A stretch of 64,000 bases of DNA from NCBI GenBank assembly GCA_051362555.1, contig CM120644.1:4162954-4226953 (forward strand). Reading direction: 5' to 3'. The translations under genes were made by a program, and so were the position numbers. This document shows, in pieces, positions 55,271-64,000 of this stretch. This DNA comes from Lingula anatina. Taxonomy: Eukaryota; Animalia; Brachiopoda. The notes under the pieces are model-generated. The model was not told the origin of the DNA. It was given only the letters and a program-made list of their open reading frames with translations, and made no database searches. Position 1 is the first letter of the stretch. Each line of letters opens with the position of its first letter.

Positions 55271-57118
55271 GCCCTACGATAATATAAAAAGGACATGCAT
55301 TTTTTGTTCAGTACTTTTAGATGGAAACCTGCTATAAAGTAAAGCTCTACTATAAATGTGAAGAGGAACAGATGGGCGAATGCATATGCATTCTTTCTGT
55401 ACTGATCGTGAAGATCCAGGACATATATGAACATTTATTTTTCATAGTCCATTGGTCGGTAAAATACAACAAAATATTGTCAAGAGTGGAGTCTTGCTTT
55501 GCAGTCAGTAATAGTGAAGCCATACTTTATTTACTTTGACGTTTACACGAGAGCTACATGTATATCCACACGAGAGCTACATGTATATCCAAATGTAATT
55601 GAGTCACCGTTAGGCAAGCAATTTCACTGATGTTTTAACGCGCTTCCAATTGTAAAATGAAAAAAATAATAAGAATAATAAACAATTAAATCGACCCAAT
55701 TTTTTTATTTAAATCTGACATTTCAAAGAAATGTGTTCAGATTTGCATCTTGTGCAGATGTTGCTATAGTGTTACATACCGGTGTAACAGTAATCCAAGT
55801 CCCCCTCGGTTCCTGGCAATGGCTGTCCGTAGGACTAACATAACTTGGAAATACATGTAGTAGTCCTAATGGAACGTAGGTTCTTGGCTCATAGTTATAA
55901 TAGGTAGGACTTGTATTACTGGCGGGTTTTTATTCCTGTTACAGTAATGAAAGTCCGGTCATTTGAAAGTCCTATCCTTATGCAATAATACGGTAAAATG
56001 ACACAATTATCAATGTATATGGGAATCCTTCTGGTGAGACATATATCAGACAAAAAATGGAAAGTTTGCAACTTCAGCTCGTCTGTGTATTGGTTAGCGT
56101 GCAAGCCAGTAAAGTAAGTATTTACAAATTGGCCTGTTGCATCCTTGGGTTCGAGACCTACCGTTGACATCACCTTAATCCCCCCCTCCCGTATTGCATG
56201 TTGTAGCGAAATGTGTATTCGTGTTTTCTTTGTCTAATTTGTATTCCAAACCCCGTGATTATTACACGTACAACTAGTGTTTTCTGTATTTTTATGCGTC
56301 AAAGCCCTAAAATAATGTTAATTGCATTTTTCAAATTCTAAACTGTCTTGGTTTGGCTTAAATCCTCGGTCCGTGCTTTCCAAGAGGAAATTCCCATTGA
56401 GTTTGAGGTTATTTTTTTTAATTTCCGCGAATGAAAACCAAATAATTAATCTAAGAACGGAGATCCCGTGTTTTGCAAATAGATATTTTCCTCTCATTTG
56501 AAGGCCTGAACAAGATTTGCCTTGGATGGTTCCTTATATTGTTAAAATATCGGACAAAACAGGCTCATACATGTTGTGCACTGAGAGGGAAGTACGCCAA
56601 AAGGATGCTTCAACACATGTAAAAATTTGCGTTTACTAGACGAATATACTCATAATATAATAAATGAATAAAAACTATGGAAGCCGTGTTAATTGTCCTT
56701 GTTACATGCACTTTATTAACATATACTTTATAAACTGCCTATCTGGAAATAAAAACATCGTAAAATATAAAAATAAAATGTGATATTAATGAAATAAGCA
56801 AACGGTTATTATATCTTTAAAACTAGTACATCCCTATATCTATTTACTTATGTCATTTCTTGGTGTAAACTATATAGGACATGTGTTACTAAAATGCTAG
56901 GAATGCACGTTCCACTGATGTTGGATTGCACCGACTGATGGTCTTTAAAAAACTAATTGTACATGTAAATATATGTACTGGATCTTATGTCAAGAGAATG
57001 CATATGTTCCTGTTCGTATAATGCATGTAGTACAGATTTAGTTTATATCAGCTTTCAATCTTTAAAAAACTGAACAATAAAATGTATGGACTGTTCCTCT
57101 TGTCGTAGGAAAAGCAAA

Positions 57119-58307
57119 TCATTGAACTAGTGGACCCAGAAATTCATTGTACTTGCTATTAGGATCCTCACTGAACCAAAACTCCACGTGACCTTGTGCA
57201 TACTCTTCTAATGAAATGAAGCCATCTTCGTTTTCGTCTAAAACATCAAAGATATCCTTCGAGAATTCGGCTGGAACGTTCATACTGTAGAAAAAAGCGG
57301 CATATTCCCTCTTTGATATGCGTCCATCTCCATCGATATCCATGACATCGAATCCCGTAAGTACAATTCGGGGATAGGTTTCCAATCGAAATTTACTTTT
57401 GTTGAAGAGCGACATTATAGACTGTATGTGTTCTTCCTCTGAAATCTTGGTTGTTTGACTGTTACTAGCCATACCTTTCCAGACCTCAAGGCGTATGTTT
57501 CGCACCGGTTCGGTTTCCTCTTCTAAAACGATAATGAATGATTATCAGATTGAGTGAACTTCTCATTAAGAAAACACAACCGTATCTTCACCAACATAGG
57601 TTACATGTACTTCATAAGATAAGGAATAATCCTTTTCAGACCAATTCCACGAGACGCACATGTACGTCCTACATGTAGGCTACCAGGGCGAGAGCATGCA
57701 TGCATAACCAACTTCAAACGTTATTTTAGGCGTTACTCCCTGGGGCATAGGCAATAATTGATACACTCATCTCTAGCTTCAAGGGTAACAAAAATACCCT
57801 AAGTGACCCTCTACACTAGCATAAGTGACATAAGTACATGTACCTCACTTCTGTCGTAATTTCTTGGGGTTTTCAAATTGTACGGAAAATAACTATAGGC
57901 TACATGTCTAGTAAGTGTCATCTTTTAGGATACGAATATATAAAAATATTATTACTGTTACACCCCAGAAAGTGAAGTCCCACTTTCCAACGTCCAAAGA
58001 GAGACATATAACGAGAGACATTTAGAGAGAGAGACAGAGAGAAGTTGAAATCCTGTGTGAAAAGAACTAGTAAGTAGAGCCCTTTTTATTAATTTCTTCT
58101 TACAGATATATCCCGAATTTCACCTTCAATAAAGCAAAGTATTTTCTTACCAGTAAGACCCAAGTACTGTCCTGTACGTTGAGCAGTTATTGTAAAGTCT
58201 TCTTCCGTAATATATCCGTCGTCGTTGGCATCTAAACGCTTGAATGCAGTGCGAATTTTTCGCCTCCAATGGTCTGACCCAGTCATCAGTGGGTAATCTA
58301 TCGGCAT
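57119..58307 (-). CDS. EF-hand Ca2+-binding protein of the sarcoplasmic calcium-binding protein / coelenterazine(luciferin)-binding protein family; exons 58307-58151, 57522-57119 (186 aa)
   Basis: A phase-1 GT-AG join gives MPIDYPLMTGSDHWRRKIRTAFKRLDANDDGYITEEDF...DIDGDGRISKRE...DENEDGFISLEE...FWFSEDPNSKYNEFLGPLVQ. EF-hands I, III and IV are canonical, II is degenerate, and the C-terminus is FxGPLV. Confidence 0.88.
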
Positions 58308-59799
58308 CTGAAAGGTTTTCCAACTGGTTATCATGAAACGGTTTCAGATACGCGAGGAAGAGATGAGACCTGACCAAGGCGTTTTTATTTCCTTTTTATT
58401 TATTATTATTATTATTTTATTTTTTTTTTTTTGGGGGGGGGGGGTTATTTATGTATCTACAAAAAAACTTGAACGTCAGGTGTGATCTTGGTCTTTTTTC
58501 CTTTATCTAATCTATTCTTTTTATCTTCTTCTTTATAATTCATTCCATATAACCCTGTTTATCTGTATAATTTAATACCAATCGATTTGTTTATTTACTT
58601 ATTTCCAGTATATGCCAATAGATATGTCAGTAATTATAAAACATTAAGAACAGAGCCCAGCAAAATCGCAGTTTATAAAGTTGGAGAAGTGGTTTTCTTT
58701 TATTCGTAATAGTAACGACATTTGCCTTCATTCGTCACTTAAAATATTCCTTTCAAAGGGAGCGCTCCACACTCCATTACATGTACTTGGAGCCCTGTCA
58801 CACCCAGCGTAAAGCGTTGGCGCATAGGGAAAATTGCACATACCCAGACTAAGGGACCATTCCCAGATCCTATATGATCTTTTTCCTAAAGGATTCTCGA
58901 TAAATTGCTTTCAGTTCTAGCGGTTAAGATGCCTGGCTGCTAAACGATAATCAATTATCCCCTAGCAGTTTCAGTAGGGTGGGGTGGGGGGGGGGGGGGG
59001 GGGCGTCGACGCCAATGGACCATTCTAGACCCTATAGTACTAACTGTTGATCGGTTTACCAAACCGCATCCTGTATTAGCCCTTATAGTCAAGACTAAAG
59101 CCAAGCGCAAAGAAGTGACCAATAGAAGTGTTAAGAAACGAAACCCTCTGCACTGCAAGAATCTGCTTTTCCTTTTTTTTCTGCCACCAATGCTGGATAA
59201 CTTATGCATGAATTTTTCTTTTATATGTTTCTGTATCTGCAAAATGTGTCACGCCTAGGTTAACAAGGGTGCGACAAATCTAAATGTACAGCGTAAAATG
59301 AATCCCTGAACCATGGTGAACCTCTGACCTGCAACCACATATTGCGACCAAAATAACCTGTTTTCTTAATCGGGAATGTGTAACCTGAATACAAAATACC
59401 CAGGACCCTGTTTCACCTGAGGTCTAAAAATTTTGGGGTAAGTTTAAATATACTTTAATATTCCACATGATTGACTGTGCGATATCATTAATCATGTTCA
59501 TATGAGTAAAGCCATCGTATATGGTCAACTTGTAAGGGAAAATTATAGTTTTCTTAAAACTCAGAGAGAGAACGGTGTCCCTCCCACTCATAGGCGGATC
59601 TAGACACTTTTTTCTGGCGGTCTCTCAAATTTCGACGCAGATTCATTGAAAGGATCAGACGGTGTGGCCTGCTCCGATCCCCCTCCACTCCCACCCTTGG
59701 AATCTGCTTTTGGTCCTCTCCCTTAAACAGAAAGAGATAAATATAGTCAGAAAATCTACCGGCAGTTCTTCCCCCAAATACCGCTCCAGTAATTCCCCG

Positions 59800-62230
59800 T
59801 GTCCATTGATTGCAATATCCGCGTTAATTATTGCTCACTTGTGTACTGAAGTTTATTCATTTAATAATTTATTTATTTATTTATTATGACCTGACCTAGG
59901 GACGTATCTTTCACTTTAGGTCATTGCCAAACCACAGTTTCTGAACTTGCTTACATCTGTTTCTCTAAAATGGTGATTTTTGTTCTGGTTATAAATGTGC
60001 ACTCTTTTAAAATATAATCAGCGGTGATACACAGATTGGTCGATTAAGGTTATAGATATATTAACAACCACATTTTAAAGATTTTTCACATCCACTTTCA
60101 CGTTTAACTGCAGTCAGATTTGTTAAACAAATTTAAAGTTGACAAGGGTATTTATTGTTGTTGAAGTAGCTGAAGTTGCAAACCGTCCATTTTTTTTTGT
60201 CTTATACATGGCTCACCAGAAGGATTTCCGTATACATTTATAAATGTATCATTTAATCGTATTATTGCAAAAGATTAGGACTTTCAAAAGGCTGGTCTTA
60301 CATTACGGTCAAACACTCACGAATTTATTGTAACAATGAACAACTCGCTGTTTATGCAGCTTAAAGAAAAGGAATTGCTTTGGTGGAGTACTTACTTTTT
60401 TCAAACGCAGAGATTGGTTCGTCAGTCCCCGGACAGGTAGGATACATGCTTCGTTACTTGCAGCCAAACTAGATTGGAGAGGGGTCATAAATATCCGAGA
60501 GGTTTTGATACTTGTCAGTCTCTGGCTTGATTGTATAATTCTCGCTTGTCCACGACATGCTTGAACAGTCTTCGTTATTTTCAACATCGTGTAATCACAG
60601 ACTTGAGACTTATAAAGTACCAGCTTTTTTAACGATGACCTAGAATGTTACAAATGCCATATACAGTTTCCTCTTCATTCATCTTTCTTTGGAAACTGCA
60701 ACAGGGCGGACGTGACACGACTATCAAAATTAATGGAATCCCTGAACCATGTTGAACTTTAGCCCAAAAGTGGATGACAGCAAAAAGTAGCCATTTTTCT
60801 TACAACAAGGTACCGGTGTGGCAGGAGTGCACATCCTAGTAAAGGCCCCTTTACACTGGACGGCGTCCTTTCTGCGTCCAGCAGTACGGCCCCATTTGAG
60901 AGTTAAAAAATTATAATAGTTTACGTGCCAACAATTGGCCGATCATTGAGCATTCATTCTGATACAAAATCAATGCTCGTGCCTCCTTATTAAGATCACA
61001 GCGATACCAAATTTCATGGTCGCAGAAAGGACGCAGAAAGGACGCCGTCCAGTGTAAAGGGGGTATCCAAGTGCTGGGAATACAAGTCCTAGGGCATCCA
61101 CTGCTAGGAATGGAAGTCCTAGGACATACCTTACTAGGATTCAATGTCCGTAGGACGAAGAATCCCAAGCATTTCTAGTATTTTAGTAACGCATGTCCTA
61201 TATTGTTTACACCAAGAAATGACAAAAATAAATAGATATAGAAATGTCTTAATATAAAAATGTGCACTGAACCTTAGTAACGCAGGTTTCTTTTACTTTG
61301 ATAGTCGTGTCACGTGCGCCCTGTTGCAGTTTGCAAAGAAGGATGGAAAAAAGAGGAAACTTTACATGTTATATGTAGCATTCTTGGCGATCGTTAAAAG
61401 AAAAACTGGTACTTTGTAAGTCGCAAGTCTGATTACACGATGTTGAAAATAAGGAAGGTTGCTCAAGCATGTCGTAGACTCTCGAGAATTATACAATCAA
61501 GCCAGAGATTGGCAAGTATCAAAATCACTCGGATATTTATGACCCCTTTCCAATCTAGTTTGGCTGCAAGTAACGAAGTATGTATCCTTCCTGTCTGGGG
61601 ACTGACGAACCAATCTCTGCGTTTGAAAAAAGTAAGTACTCCACTAAAGCAATTCCATTTCTTTAAGCTACATAAACAACGAGTTGTTAATAGTTATAAT
61701 TAATTCGTATCTATTCGGCGGACATGTGCGTGTATGATAGTAATATAAGTTCGGCCCTTTGATAGTCCTATCTTTATGCAGTGATAGAGTTAAATGATAC
61801 AATTATAAATGTATATGGACATCCTTCTGGTGAGCCATATATAAGACAAAAAAAAAATGAACGGTTGGTAACTTCAGCTACTTCAACTCAGTTATTACCC
61901 TTGTCGACTTTGTTTAACAAATCTGACTGCAGTTAAACGTGGAAGTGGATAAGAAAAATATTTTAAAAGGTGGTTGTTATCGACCAATCTGTGTATCACC
62001 ACTGATTATCTTTTAAAAGAGTGCACATTTATAATCATAACAAATATGACGAGAGGATTAAGAGCAGCAGGTTTAAGTAAGTTAAAAACTATGATTTGGC
62101 AATGACCCAAAGTGAAAGATACCGGTACGTACCTAGGTCACACCATAATAAATAAATAAATAAATAAATAAAATTAATAAAGACTTGAGTACACAAATGA
62201 GCAATAATTAACGTGGATATTGCATCAATG
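59800..62230. repeat. Large imperfect inverted repeat (arms about 59800-60735 and 61290-62230), with further partial copies at about 54225-54630 and 55960-56085
   Basis: Mirror-image ORFs 60309-60587(-) and 61440-61703(+) are near-identical; the arms align by eye over about 0.9 kb. Confidence 0.85.
60843..61064. mobile_element. PIF/Harbinger-like MITE
   Basis: TIR of about 35 bp, cccctttacactggacggcgtcctttctgcgtcc; TAA on the left flank. Confidence 0.7.
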
Positions 62231-63303
62231 AATGACGCTTTGGGTGCCTCATTTGCATCCGTGCACGCTACCGACTGCTCCGTGCCAGACCCTCCCACCC
62301 TCCTTAGGTGCGAGTTTCCTCTTATAGTAATCAATCTCAATTTAAAAAACCAAATTCATTCCGGCAAAAGTATTACAGAACCTCTGCCAGGACAAGAACC
62401 AGCGTAGGAGTGTGTCTTTGTCTTTGCAAGACAGCAGAGTTACCACGGAGCCACGACAGCTTCGTTGACATGAAATGATCAGATGGAAACTTTGAACCTT
62501 CTCACGGAGAGCGCCAGATTGGATGTACATGTGTAGATCTGCTATCCCAATCGATAATCCGGGTGCCGCATTTCATCCCACGCAATCCCCAGTCCCCGGC
62601 ATGAACAGTGCATGATGTAGAGGAGGTCGTGTTTGAGAACCCGACACGGAGCACGGAGTTTGTTTTATGCCAAGATTTATTTTGTCTCTACCCATGACAT
62701 TAAAGAGTACAGTGGGATCAGAGGCGGTTCACAACAGGCGTGTTTTACTTTTAACGAGACCCTAAGAGGAGAGAGTAAAAACATTCAAGTGTTTAATTAC
62801 CGGTACGATTGCAGCGATGGCAATTTTGATTAAAGCAGCATATTTGGCAAATAATTCCGCCGAGGAGATATCGTTTTTCGACCAAACACGGTTAACAGGT
62901 GGTATGACGTGCTGTCATACCGGAAAAGCTACTGAATCAAAACAACTTGGATCGCATTCATTGATAGGCCTGCTCAGAACGTTCCCAGTTAGATGACTTC
63001 AGATGCTTTTATTTGCATTTTGTTTTGAAATGAGATAACGTTTGGTTTCACCTTGGACGTTATAATACACGTACGGCTGCAGACATGCTCGTTTGACTCT
63101 ATAGAAATTAGATTTAAGTAACAATATTAACCATATATATTCTGGAGTGAATAGCTATATTTTAAATATAGCCATTCACTCCATTAACACTAGGAATAAA
63201 CCGTTATAGTATTTGGAAGTAAAGATTATTTGTTCAAATTGAATTTTCATGTAGTTTTCTTTCGATATTCTTCCTTGGAGAATAAGTTCTCATTTTGCTT
63301 CAG

Positions 63304-63405
63304 ACATGGTATAACTGGAGTAGAAAGTTGTGATAGAATGATGTGCAAATGTGAAGGAGGATGCAGATCCGGTTGCTCAAAAGTGACAGTTTCCGGATTT
63401 TTCTT
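63304..63405 (+). other. Candidate 102-nt Cys-rich coding exon of an unidentified gene
   Basis: ttttgcttcag acceptor and GTAAGA donor; open frame HGITGVESCDRMMCKCEGGCRSGCSKVTVSGFF. Confidence 0.4.
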
Positions 63406-64000
63406 GTAAGAAATAAGTATTTTCAACTTATAACGCTTTTAATAGCACTACTAACAATTAATTTTTGGAAATGAATCTGAACTGTTATGGTGTTGATTAA
63501 ACAACTTCTTTGAAAGTGATGACTTAAAAAGTTGAAAGTTATTATTGAGAGACATATATATTTGATGAGCAAAAGAAAAAGGTCAAAAGATTGGCACAAT
63601 GCACAGCCAAATGGTCACCAAATTATAATATCTGAATTATTTTCGCTACACATCCCCCCCCCCAAAAAAAATTATAATGTTTGAGTAGTATAGTTTAGAG
63701 AAATGCCATAGGGCATCGTATAATTTTATAAGAAAATAATATTTGAGCGGATATATCTGCTTTCTTTATGTGCTATAAACATCCCTGGGAAGTCCCATTT
63801 GAATAAATATGCGATTGCTTTCCCATATATACATCCATACATAGGTGTGAAAGTGATGACTATGTAATGAGTGCACATTATTACGTAATTAATGGACTTT
63901 TACAGTTTTTACAAACTGTAAAGATGTATACATATATACAGTCAAACAATTGAAGAAGGCGCGGTTTAAAAGCTACATGTATTATTGGCAGATATTAGTC

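Noticed and set aside
56125-56170. B-box-like GGTTCGAGAC suggesting a tRNA
   Set aside because: No cloverleaf or A-box could be built; at most a SINE fragment.
60309-61703. Pair of near-identical 87-92 aa ORFs on opposite strands
   Set aside because: Explained by the inverted duplication. No motif or splice context, and similarity extends equally into the flanking non-ORF sequence.

Overview
AT-rich eukaryotic genomic DNA with spliceosomal introns, microsatellites and many transposon remnants. It is most likely from a marine invertebrate; this is inferred from gene and repeat families only. Genes, left to right: (1) the last four coding exons of a DRAK/STK17-family Ser/Thr kinase on + (15097-20242), after a >15 kb intron; (2) a convergent MFHAS1-like Roco gene on - (26898-32295), LRR-ROC-COR plus two spliced CARD/death-fold-like exons; (3) a transposon nest (34.6-47.8 kb) inserted into three copies of a decayed, unidentified coding-like sequence; (4) a 7-exon secreted EEP-fold (endo/exonuclease/phosphatase) gene with low-complexity arms on - (48692-53710); (5) a 2-exon EF-hand gene of the SCP/coelenterazine-binding-protein/photoprotein family on - (57119-58307), with an inverted, broken duplicate (54849-55270); (6) a patchwork of inverted duplications (54-62 kb). 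The standout is the Roco gene. Its LRR region has 11 near-identical 138-bp units that differ almost only at the exposed beta-strand codons, which suggests a diversifying, NLR-like immune sensor built on a Roco GTPase. All calls were made by eye; no database searches were run.
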